Shown piece after piece: positions 1 to 11,183 of a stretch of 64,000 nt of DNA. The notes below the pieces were generated by a model. It saw only the letters and a program-made list of their open reading frames with translations. It did no database searches and was not told where the DNA came from. Within the stretch, counting starts at the first letter, position 1; every line of letters starts with the position of its first letter. The stretch comes from Mobula hypostoma (lineage: Eukaryota), in assembly GCF_963921235.1 (NCBI RefSeq), contig NC_086097.1, positions 209,004,001 through 209,068,000 of the forward strand, read 5' to 3'. Position numbers and translations under genes: made by a program.

Positions 1-1073
1 ATTTTCAAAAGGTCTTTGACAAGGTGCTGCACATGAGGCGGCTAAAGAAGATGGTATCACAGGAAAGGTAGTAGCATGGTCAGGCTGACAGGCAGGAATA
101 AAGGGGTCCTTTTCTGGTTGGCTGCTCTTGGCTAGTGGCATTCTGCTACTTTTCATGTTATATATTATTGATCTGGATGGCAAAATTGGTGTTTTTGTGG
201 CCAAGTTTGGGGGTGATACAAAAATAGTTGGATGGGCAGGTAGTGTTGAGGAAGCAGGGAGTCTGCAAAAAGTCTTAATGTAGATAGATTAGAACAGCAG
301 GCAAAGAAGTGGCAGATGGAATATAATGTAGGGAAGGAGTAAAGTCACGGACTATTTTCTAAGTGGGAGCAAATTCAGAACTCTGAGGGGCAAAGGGACT
401 TGGGAATCCTCATGAAGGATTTCCTAAAGGTTAACTTGCAGGTTGAGTCGGTGGTAAGGAAGACAAGGGCAATGTTAGCATTCATTGTGAGAGGACTAGA
501 ATAGGAAAGCAAGGCTTTATACAGCACTGGACAGTCCACACTTGGAGTATTGTGAGCAGCTTTGGGTCTCATATTGAAGAAACGATGTGCTGGATTGGAG
601 AGGGTCCAAAGGAGGTTCACTGGAATGAAAGTGTTAATATATGAGAATGACTCTGGGCCTGAACTTGCTTGAGTTTGGAGGAATAAGGATGGATCTCATT
701 GAACCCTATCGAATATTGAAAGGCCTATATAAAGTGGATGTGGAGAGGATGTTTCCATTAGTGAGAGTCTAGGACCAGAGGACACAGGCTCATAATCGAA
801 GGATGTCCCTCTAGAACAGACATGAGAAGGAGTCCCTTTAGCCAGAAGGTGATGAATCTGTGGAATTCATTGCCACAGACAGCTGTGCAGGCCAATTCAT
901 TTGGTATATCTAAGGCAGGGTCTGATAGCTTCTTGATTATTAAGGGTGTCAGAGGTTGTGGGAAGAATGCAAGAGAATAGAGTTGAGAGGGAAAATAAAT
1001 CAGCTATGAGTGAATGGTGGAGCAGATTTGATGGGCTGAATGTCCTAATTCTACTCCTACGTCTAAAGATCTT
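1..1073 (+). mobile_element. CR1 LINE, decayed 3' portion (RT to 3' UTR)
   Basis: Starts in a degenerate DF.KAFDKV motif, followed by KF.GDTK, HLEYCEQLW and a CR1 3' UTR ending 'tgggctgaatgtcctaattctactcctacgtctaaagatctta'. Many stops and frameshifts. Confidence 0.9.
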
Positions 1074-1097
1074 ACATTTTTACCTAGGTTATTGTGC

Positions 1098-1320
1098 TGG
1101 GCACGTAGCCAAGTGGTTAAGGCATTCGTCTAGTTATCTCAAGGTCACTAGCTCGAGCCTCAGCTGTGGCAGCGTGTTTGTGCCCTTGAACAAGGCACTT
1201 AATCACACATTGCTCTCGTCTGTGCGAGGAGTGGCGCCCCACACAGATTTCCAATCTGCGCCTTGTAAGGCATGAAAATGCCCGACGCAGGCCTCTCATG
1301 GTCTGAGTTAACATTCCCCC
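1098..1320 (+). mobile_element. tRNA-derived SINE
   Basis: A-box-like TAGCCAAGTGG, degenerate B-box (gctcgagcc), then CORE-like 'tgtgcccttgaacaaggcacttaatcac'. First ~115 nt homologous to the SINE at 6404. Confidence 0.85.
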
Positions 1321-2634
1321 TATTGTTTCTCCCTGGATTCTCATTAATTAATATACTGGCTTTGGCTCAAACAATAATATTCCTGCCATGCCGTACCAAA
1401 GCTGATATCTTAGAATCAAACCATCTTGAATTACAGAATATTGGCTAATTTCTTCCACACACTGAAAGCATTTCTATATCTCACTAACTTGCTGATTGTG
1501 ATTCAGTTTGACACAATGGGCTAGTGTTTATAGAAAGTGTTAATTGGTTCCTTTATATACAGTATATGATTAATGCAATTTTGTTATTGGAATGAATTCT
1601 CATGTATAGTTTGAAAATGCTAATTAAAGTCAAAAGGTTCTTAAAAGAGTGGAACACTGGAACTTGTATTTGAGACAAAGTGCTAAGGCAGCATTTTTAA
1701 AATCTCTTTTTGACCCTAAAGCAGTTGTACAGTAACATGTATTATGGACCCGATGATACATTTATACACACTGCAAAGGAAACACAAAAAAATTTAAATC
1801 ATTCCCATTCCTTCCTCTCATTCGATGATTGCAAATCCAAATGACCTTCTGTCTCAGGAGATGCGCCTGCTGCTCTACTCTTTAATTAACATAAACTTTC
1901 TAGATCTAAATGTGAAATTTGTCATAAGCTCTCTGCCTCCGACTTGAGGAGAGCTTCCAAGAAAAACATGAATTGATGTCAGAACAACTTCCTAATTCTT
2001 TGGTGTTTTCATAGAACAGGTCTACATTTCAGCCAATTTACCCTTCCCCCTGCTTCACAAAAATTATAATGTCTTTTCCATCAGTCTTGGATTGCACTCT
2101 GCATCTGAGCTCCCAATCCTACACAGTACATGATATCAATCATATGAAGAGAAATTTGGTTTCCTCAGGAACACTGATCCATTCCTCATCTAGTAGTGAA
2201 CTAAGACTTCCAATTTTATTCTGACGGGTAACATTGTGAGTTCAATGTCTCTTGTCTCATTTGAATTGTACATTCTGCTTAAAGTTACTGATTTTTTAAA
2301 AATATATACTGCATTAATAATACTGATCTATTTTGAAGCTATTAATGAGTGATTATTAATTGATTTTCATGGGTTTAGTAAATGAATGGTGATGCTGAAG
2401 GTTTAATTTTCGGTTAAGTTACAACACAAGAGAGAGTAAACAAATGTGAATAAAGCTCATGATCCAAGAAAGCATTGTTTTGGAAAGTTAAAATTCAGTT
2501 TGTGCTGAAGATACAGTGGTAATTTAGGAGCTGCTTTGGGCCTGCTGAAATTTTGATCCATGTCAAATATTCAATATATTCTGCTTAGTATAGATTAGTG
2601 GACTGTTTCATCAACTACCTTCACTCTGCATGCC

Positions 2635-2961
2635 GCAGAGGGCACTGATGCGACAGGGCTTGGGTCCTAGTGTGAAGAACGACCTGATGTTTGGGCAATT
2701 TAAACACCAGGCCAGATGGATTGAAAAGATAGGGTGTCGGGACAAGAGTCAAGGGTCGGGCCTCTGTGCTGCTCTGTGACATCTACTTGGCTCTGTGCTG
2801 AACTGAGACTGAAGCTGTGGCCTACTCCAGGCTTTATGTCTGTGGACTCACTTTTGTTCTGAGTGCTATTTCTTTGTTTTGTGGTTGTCTGTAAGGAGAC
2901 AAAACTCAAGGTTGTATAATGTATACATACTTTCACTATAGATGTACTTTGAACTTTGAAC
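2635..2961 (+). mobile_element. Non-coding element with Rex1/Babar-type 3' tail
   Basis: Ends 'aaactcaaggttgtataatgtatacatac...tgtactttgaactttgaac', similar to Rex1 tails near 34750-34826 and 50460-50540. Confidence 0.6.
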
Positions 2962-2974
2962 AAAAGGCACGATT

Positions 2975-3540
2975 TCCCACACATTGGCCACCCATTTCAA
3001 TTCGACATCCCATTGCCATTCCAATGTGTCAATCTATAGCCTCCTCAACTGTTATGATGAGGCCCTGTCAGGCTGGAGGAGCAATACCTCATGTTCCATC
3101 TGGGAAGCTTCCAACCTGATGACATGAACACCAACTTCTGGTAATTTGTCCCCCCTTCCCCTTCTCTCATTCTCTCATTCTCCATTCCCCATTCTGGCTC
3201 CCCTCTTACATCTTCTCTTCTTCTCACCTGCCCAGCCCCTTCTTCCATGATCCCCAGTTCTCTCCTATCAGATTCTTTCTTTTTCATGCCTTTACCTCTT
3301 CCACATATCACCTCCCAGCTTCTCACTTCAACCTCATCCCACCCACCCACATTCTCCCTCACCTAGTTTCATCTACCATCTGCCAGGTTGTACTCCTTCC
3401 CCTCCTCCAACTTCTTGTTTGGGCATCCTCCCCTTTCTTTTCAGTCCTGATGAAGAGTCTGTACCCAAGACATTGACTGCTTATTCCCATCCACAGATGC
3501 TGCCTCACCTGCTTAGATTTTCGATGCTTTGTGTGTGTTC
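2975..3540 (+). mobile_element. Penelope-like element, end of GIY-YIG ORF plus pseudo-LTR
   Basis: Translates to LEEQYLMFHLGSFQPDDMN, then a pyrimidine-rich tract and 'cagtcctgatgaagagtc...acattgactg...cagatgctgcct'. Confidence 0.85.
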
Positions 3541-4074
3541 ATACAAAGCACAGAGGATAACTACAAATAACGAACAGCTTTTTAAAAAATCAAATAACTA
3601 CTCATAAAGGGCCTATGAAAATAATTTGTCATTTCAATCATTAGCTTTAAAACACAGTCACTTGTTTCTGCTTTGATTTCATATTTTATGAGGGTCGTTC
3701 CAACCTTTCTGTCTAGAACTGACTGGTGTTCAGAAAGTGAGATTCATATAATGTAATTATACTCTAAGTGGTTACTCCTTGTAAACTAAATGATGCAAGG
3801 GAGATTCCTGGGAAGCTGTGAGTATAATCAGTTGACACCACAGGCCAATGCTTTCCCTTAGAATGATTACACTTGAGAAAATATTGTTCTGGCATCCTGC
3901 TGGGAGAAGGGCACGGCATAATGAATTCCTTCAGAAATCAGCCATACTTGTCTTCACATCTGTGTGGAAAATAATCCTACGCAGTCTCAATTTTAGCATG
4001 CTATTATCAAAAAGTTCACTAAACATTTTAGTTCAGTTATTCAAGCCTAAAACATAATTACAAATTTAGGTCGT

Positions 4075-5575
4075 CTCTCCTCAGGCATTTTCCCAGCAAT
4101 TGTAGGAAATGCAGCATTGTCCCTACCACCCCTTCCTCACCGCCATCCAAGGCCTTAAGCAGCCCTTCCAGGTGAGGCTGAGGTTTACATGCACCTCCTC
4201 CAGATTTGCCTATTGGTGCCAGGGTCCTCCTCTTTACTGGTAAGAGTAGGGGCAGACTAGCTGACCATTTTGCTGAGCACTTGCACTACAACAGCCATGC
4301 CAATCTGGAGTTCAGGTTGCAAGCTATTTTGGTACCTCTCCTCATTCCCACACTGATCTGTCTGTTCTTGACCACCTCCACAGCCACTGTGAGGCCAAAC
4401 ACAAACTAGAAGAATAGTGCCTCATATTCTACTTGGGTAGTCTACAGCCCGACAGCATGAATATTGAATTGTTCAGATTTTGGCTAACCTGCTTCCCCTG
4501 TGTCTCTTCATTTCTCATTCTGTTATAACCATAACCATATAACAATTACAGCACGGAAACAGTCCATCTCGGCCCTTCTAGTCCGTGCCAAACTCTTACT
4601 CTCACCTAGTCCTGCACTCAGCCCATAACCCTCCATTCCTTTCCTGTCCATATATCTGTCCAATTTAACTTTAAGTGACAACATCGAACCTGCCTCAACC
4701 ACTTCTTCTGGAAGCTCGTTCCACACAGCTACCACTCTCTGAGTAAAGAAGTTCCCCCTCATGTTACCCCTAAACTTTTGCCCTTTAACTCTCAACTCAT
4801 GTCCTCTTGTTTGAATCTCCCCCACTCTCAATGGAAAAAGCCCATCCATGTCAACTCTATCAATCCCCCTCATAATTTTAAACACCTCTATCAAGTCCCT
4901 CCTCAACCTTCTACGCTCCAAAGAATAAAGACCTAACTTATTCAACCTTTCTCTGCAATTTAGGAGATGAAACCCAGGCAACATTTTAGTAAGTCTCCTC
5001 TGTACTCTCTCAGTTTTATTGACATCTTTCCTATAATTCAGTGACCAGAACTGTACACAATAAATGTTCTTTCAACATTCTCCAACACACATTTACTACC
5101 ACCACACTGCTGGCACTCATCCACTGTTTACCCAGTTTGTTTTCGCTCCTTCTCCTACTCTATCTGTCCATCACCCACACACTTGCCCACTGGGTCTCAT
5201 CCCCTCTCCCCACTGTTTCCATCTGCCTCCTTCCATTATTTGGTTCCATGCTCCAGCTTCCTTTCCTATCAGGTTCCATTGCCTGCAGCGCTTGCTTGTC
5301 TCCGCCTATCACATCCCAGTCTCTGTCATTACTCCTATTCTTCCCTCCACAATCTGCCAATCACCTGGATTCACCAATCACTTGCAGCACTTGCCCACCC
5401 CTCCCTCTCATCTCTTTATACTGTCTATCTCTCCTTGGTTCTCTCAGTCCAGTTGAAGCGTCTCAACATGAGATATCAACTGTCCATTTCCCTCTACAGA
5501 TTCTTCCTGATCCATTGAGTACTTCCAGCACTTTTTTGCTCCAGATTTCAGTATCTTCAGCGTCTTGTGTCTCCT
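4075..5575 (+). mobile_element. Penelope-like fragment split by a CR1 insertion
   Basis: QPFQVRLRFTCTS, LADHFAEHL and LGSLQPDSMNIE before 4520. The pseudo-LTR-like part resumes after 5060. Confidence 0.75.
4524..5060 (-). mobile_element. CR1 LINE 3' end, 5'-truncated
   Basis: ORF 4523-4984 (LGLYSLERRRLRRDLIEVFKIM...TRGH...FFTQRVV); tail repeat ataacc on + strand. Confidence 0.95.
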
Positions 5576-5609
5576 ACACATTATTCTAACATATAGTGGG
5601 TGGAACTTA

Positions 5610-6675
5610 GGAGGAAGATGGCGCCTAATGGCGACTCTTTTGCTTGCATCTTTGTAAACAGCTTTATTTCTATCTTTTTTTCCTTTTCAACGTTCTTTTG
5701 AAGACCCTGACCTGAAGTTACATGCTGACTTTAGTTCTTTGCAGAAATGGGACCCGCTTTCAGGGCCTCACGACTGGCCGCTTTTTGATATACCAAGGAC
5801 GCGGCCTGGAAGACTAACGCACCTTCAGAGTGCCGGATTTTCATGGCTCTGGAGTCAGGCTGATTCAAGGCCAGTGCTGCCGTCTGATGTGTCATGGGAG
5901 TACACGGAAGATCAAAATCAGCGAGCTGGCTGCTGGCTGTGTGCCCAGGGACCTGAGTTCTTTGGGCACAGAGCACGGAAAAAGCGATGCAACAGACTTT
6001 TAACATCATAAATCAACGAGTTGTTTTTGTTATGTCTCCCCTATCGCTGTGAAATGGGGACATCTCTTTTTCTCTTATTAGGGAGAGAGAGAGAGAGCCA
6101 GTGGCATGTCGAATACTGGGTGAACGAGTAGTCTTTGGGGTACTGCAAGTCCATGTCTTTATTGATGCTTTGCTGTACGCTTGAGTGCTCGGTGGGGGTG
6201 CTGATGTTTTTTTGCTGGTGGGGGAGGGGTGTCATTACTTTGCTGTTGCTTATGCGTGGGAGGGGGGAGCTGAGGGGGCTTTGGGGTTCTAACATCTAAT
6301 TGTCATTCATTCTTGGGGCACTCCTCTGTTTTCATGGATGTTTGCGAAGAAAAAGAATTTCAGGATGTATAATGTATACATTTCTCTGACATTAAATGTA
6401 CCTGTGTGGGCACATGGCCAAGTGGTTAAGGCATTGGACTAGCGACCTGAAGGTCGTGAGTTCGATCCCCAGCCGAGGAAACATGTTTGTCCTTGAGCAA
6501 GGCACTTAATCACACATTGCTCTGCGACGACACTGGTGCCAAGCTGTATGGGTCCTAATGCCCTTCCCTTGGAGAACATTGGTGCCATGGAGAGGGGAGA
6601 CTTTCCAGGTGCCGATCCATGGTCTCGCAAGACTAATGGATGCCTTTATTATTTTTATTAATGTACCTATTGAAA
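5610..6675 (+). mobile_element. ORF-less ~0.8 kb non-autonomous non-LTR element (family B), split by a SINE
   Basis: Begins GGAGGAAGATGGCG, GC/CpG-richer body, Rex1-like tail 'gaatttcaggatgtataatgtatacatttctctgacattaaatgtacct|attgaa'. Confidence 0.65.
6404..6656 (+). mobile_element. tRNA-derived SINE with RTE-derived body
   Basis: A box TGGCCAAGTGG, B box GTTCGATCC, CORE-like block, T/A-rich tail. Flanked by direct repeat aatgtacct (6395-6403 and 6660-6668). Confidence 0.9.
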
Positions 6676-7959
6676 TTATTCTATACTGACATCAATGGAC
6701 AGATGGTATAAAATGCATGCACTACTAAATCAAGAGTCACCAGAATTTTGTATGCCCTGATTTTGTGAGATTGATACAATCAGTGCTGAACACTTTAGAT
6801 ATCACAGCTAAAACTGATCTACTTCACGTTTACCCTTCTTTTTTTGGAAACGTAGAAACCACTCCTTTGTGATAATTCAACATAATGTTGCCAATTCTTG
6901 GTTGCTTTTCAATCAACACTCTTATTCTTATTGAAGTGCTCAGCCGTACACCCACGGAAAAGCATGCTACACTCCCACTGCCTTCACAATGCAACACATT
7001 TTTTAAAATCAGATGGGTGTAAGCATACTGACTGCAATTGTTAAGCACAGGGCATGCTATCTTAATCAGATATACTTTTCATCACCCTTTCGGACATGCT
7101 ACTAAAGGCTGGTTATTTTATGACCTCGTGGCCCTTTCAAGTTGTTTTGTCTGTGCATTGCCAATGTTGTCAATGTTTCACATGTAGTCAGTCACACAAA
7201 AATAACGAATACTGAGGCTGGATTGGAAGTAAATTCTATCTCACTGATAAAGGAATTTTAAATTTGCCTTTTCAAGAATATGTATAAATTGAGAATCCAA
7301 AGTTGGATTTATGAATAACCAGTGAACTCATCATGAGAGTTTCAAATCAATAGTGTCCTGTTTTCATTGCTGGCTGCAATTCAAATAGTCAAAACTTAAG
7401 GGAATTCTGTGTATGCATGTTTATGCACGTTCAAATCACTCCCAATCCTTACTGAACCCATGGTTTCCCTCTGAAGTTCTCTGGTTATTGTTCACTACAT
7501 CCATCATAACAGTCATCACTGGGTCTCTGAAAGCAGCTATCACACTTCTGCAGTTCACCTGCACCTCATCAGTGCATTTACCAGAGTTGTTTTTTTCCGA
7601 CCTCTTCCTGTCTTATATACTTCCCTTACAGAGTTAGTGAACCAGTAAACATTATCCCTCCTATCTTATGTCTCCACAAGCCTTCTGCAATTTTATTTTT
7701 CTCCCTCAAGCTCTATTCCCATTAAAATGCCATTCACTGAACCCTCCTTCCAGGTTCTTACTCTCCATGCTATGGTTAATGGTTGTCCCTCTCTTCAGGT
7801 ACTGCTGCCCTTCCCTTCAAATCTGTCATTACCAGCAATCTCTCCATAAGCCCTAAACTTCAGCCCTCCACGCTCACAACTGACACCTCCTTTTTCTCTT
7901 CAAAGCCTTTGAGTACAATACATGCTTTTAAATCTTGCTCACTTCTCCAGAACTGCAGG

Positions 7960-8165
7960 GTCCATTGTATCAACAATCTGGATGATAACATACTTAAATG
8001 GATCAGCAAATTTATGGATGGCATCAAAATTGGGGGTGTAGTGGACAGAGAGAAAGACTGTTAAAAATTGCAACAGGATCTGAACCAGTTGGAAAAGTGG
8101 GCTGACAAATGGCAAATGGAATTTCATACAGACATGTCTGAAGTGTCACACTCCGGGAGGACAAA
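7960..8165 (+). mobile_element. CR1 RT internal fragment
   Basis: INNLDDNILKWISKFMDGIKIGGVV...LQQDLNQLEKWADKWQMEF. Confidence 0.85.
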
Positions 8166-8334
8166 TATCTTTATTATTTAATGTAACTTTTTAATATATA
8201 TACAGTATATACCTGCTGTAATTCACATTGTTTAAATTATGTATTGCAATGTACTGCTGCCACATAAGAACAAATTTCATGACATACGCCAATGATACCT
8301 TTAAGTACAGACTTTCCATGAAGGAAAGTGGGAA

Positions 8335-10080
8335 TAATTGGCAGTCTGACTCTTAAAGGGACAGTGGAAGCTAACTGCACTTCGGGGAGTTGGGGCGCCA
8401 AAGTTTGGATGGCTTCCGCTGTTCAGTTGGGACCATGACAGAAACACCACCCCCCACAGTCGGCTCCTGCTAGCCAAGGCTGAGCAGGATGGTGCTGATG
8501 AAAGTCCTCTATCAAGGTAGGGTCTAAGATGTCTCCTGAAGGAACCCAGCTTCTTTCTTCCGTTCCATTTCCCTCCCAATCTTCGAGGTACTGTCTTTCA
8601 CCTCAAACAATGTGGGTTTCCACAAGTTGCCAGACTGTGAAGACGGGGGGTCCTTCAGCAGTTCTGGAAGACGGAGAAGGTTTGGGAACCGGAGCCAAGG
8701 CGCTGGCACTGAAGGACTTGAGGCTGGATACTTGGAATGTGGGGAGAATCTGCAAGGTGGTCAGGAGTTGGAAATAATAAGTAAAAAACTGTGTTGCAGG
8801 ATTTTGAAGGACTGATGTGACAAGGGACCAATTTTCTGGATGCAACCCACATAGGGAAATTTCTAGTTGAAAGCCAGACCTGCCAACCAGGAAGAAGTGC
8901 TGGTCCCTGTTGCTTCTGGCAGTTGGCCTGCTCTTCTTGTTGCTGCCATGAATTGACCAAAAATGCATCTCTTGTTAACCCATTTCTGGCAACATCTCTG
9001 AACCAGTTGATGGAATCTCCAACTCCGCTTCCTGTTCCAGAAACAGTGGAGGACAGTATCCAAATTGGCAATCAAAAGGGGACATTCAGTGACGAATGCT
9101 GAAGTATATTGTGTGCAAGCTCCACCCAGATCAGGTTGTCATTCCAGGTTACAGGGTTCCCCAAGGCTAGATATCTGTGTTCTCTCTAGGTCCTAGTTAA
9201 CCCTCTCTGTTTGCCATTGATTTGCAAATAGAATCTGGATGACAAACTGGGAGAGGCACCAATAAGCTCACAAAAAGGCCTTCCAAAACTTAAAGGCAAG
9301 CTGAAGGCCTCGATTGGAGATGATGTCCTGGGGTAAACCGTGAATTCTGAAGACATGCTACAACATGACCTTGACGGTCTCTGAAGCAGATGGTAGTTTG
9401 GGAAGTGGGTACGAAGTGGCAGACCTTGGAGAATCGGTCTACAATCACCATGATTACTGTCTTACCCCAAGATGCCAGAAGACCAGTGACAAAGTCCACA
9501 GGAATGTGGGGCCAAGTGTGGTAGGAATGGGGAGAGGCTGAAGCAGACATTGAGTCTGTGTTCAAGGTTCTTTATTTCATGTATCACACATTAAGACATA
9601 TTCTTAGTTATCTTTAGTTATGCCTGGCCACCAGTAACGTCTCTTGACAGACCCTCAGGTGCAAGCCACACCTAGATGCCCGGCCAGGTTTGAAGCATGT
9701 CCCCATTTGAGCACCTCTGAGTGTACAGGTTCTGGAACGAAGATATGTCTGGGAGCCTGCCACATGTTGCTCTATCATGTCTATGTTCCAGCAGATGGGT
9801 GCCACCACCCTAGAGCTGGGAATAATAGATGACGGGTTCTCAGCCCTAATAGGTGTTGCAAACTGCCAAGACAGGGTGTCTGGTTTTTGAATTTTGGTTC
9901 TGAGCAGTAAGTAATAAGGTCGTTGAACCTGTCCCCAGGGACAAAGCAGACATATGCTTGGATGGACAAGTGTGATTAAGTATTTGTGGTCTAGGAAGTC
10001 ATAGATATCAGTAATGATAAAGAATACAGTTTGAGCATTGGCCATTTAGGTATCATAGCTTTTAGGGGAATTGGGTCAGT
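8335..10080 (-). mobile_element. Decayed Ty3/Gypsy pol fragment (RNase H end to integrase)
   Basis: [36 protein letters not shown] (ORF 9290-9565), RFNDLITY, and VWLSTRNFP...SRKL / HPTFQVS-like GPY/F-region remnants. Confidence 0.8.
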
Positions 10081-10344
10081 AAAATCAGATAGTTCTATAA
10101 ATTGTAGACTATCATTTACAGAACAGAGAGATCACTAGAGACAAAATTTGTGTGTTAATGTCATTGACGTTGGAACAAAATATCAGAATGTAGAATGAGA
10201 AATGAGGAGACCAATTCCCCTGTGGGTTGTAATTCACCCAGAAATGCCATCTACTCTGAAACAATTCAATTTTCAGAGGCACATCACTGTTTCTTTTGGA
10301 GTTGTCTGAATGAATTTCTTGGCTCATGGTTTGATTCAGGCTTA

Positions 10345-10610
10345 GACCATAAGACCATAAGAAACAGGAGCAGAATTAGGACATTTGGCCCATTGAGTCT
10401 GCTCTGCCATTTCATCATGGCTGATCCGATTTTCCTCTCAGCTGCAATCTCCTGCCTTCTCCCCGTATTCCTACATTACCTGACCAACCAAGATTGTTTC
10501 AACCTCTGCCTTAAATATACATAAAGACTTGGCCTCTATGGCTGCCTGTGCCAAAGAATTCCATAGATTCATCACTCTCTGGCTAAAGAAATTACTCCTC
10601 ATCTCCATTC
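10345..10610 (-). mobile_element. CR1 3' end
   Basis: gaccataa tail repeat and 3' UTR closely similar to 11183-11450. Confidence 0.9.
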
Positions 10611-10639
10611 TGAGTCCATGGTTCTACAAGAAACGTATT

Positions 10640-11183
10640 AACATAGATAGAATAGATGAATGGCTGACTGGCAGGATGCAAAGAGTGAGAATAAAAGGGC
10701 CTTTTCTGACTGGCTGCCTGTGACCAGTGGTGTTCCACAGGGGTTAGTGTTGGGTCTGCTACTTTTAATGTTATTTGTTAATGATATAGACGATGGAATT
10801 GATAGCTTTGTGGCCAAGTTTGTAGCTGATATAAAGCTTGGTGGAGGGGCAGGGAGTGTTGAGGAAGCAGGGGGGTCAGCAGTATGTGTTAGACAGATGA
10901 CAAAAATGGGCAAAGAAGGAACACAGTGTAGGTAAGTGGATGAATAAAGCTGTAGACTATTTGCTAAATGGAGAGTGAATTCAGAAATCAGAGGTGCAAA
11001 GGGACTGAGTGCAGGATTTGCTAAAGATTAATTTACAGGTTGAGTTGATAGTAAGAAAGGCAAGTGCAATGTTTGTATTCAATTTGAGAGGATTAGAATA
11101 TACCATTAAGGCTGTAATACTGAAATTTCACAAAGCATTGGTCAGACTGCACTCAGAGTATTTTGAGCAGTTTTGGGCCCCAT
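10640..11183 (+). mobile_element. CR1 RT fragment
   Basis: VTSGVPQGLVLG...KFVADIK and LVRLHSEYFEQFWAPY. Confidence 0.9.

Noticed and set aside
5041..5589. 182-aa hydrophobic ORF
   Set aside because: Low-complexity pyrimidine-rich Penelope pseudo-LTR region, naturally poor in stop codons.
6408..6485. tRNA-like sequence with A and B boxes
   Set aside because: No complete cloverleaf; continues into a SINE body with a target-site duplication.
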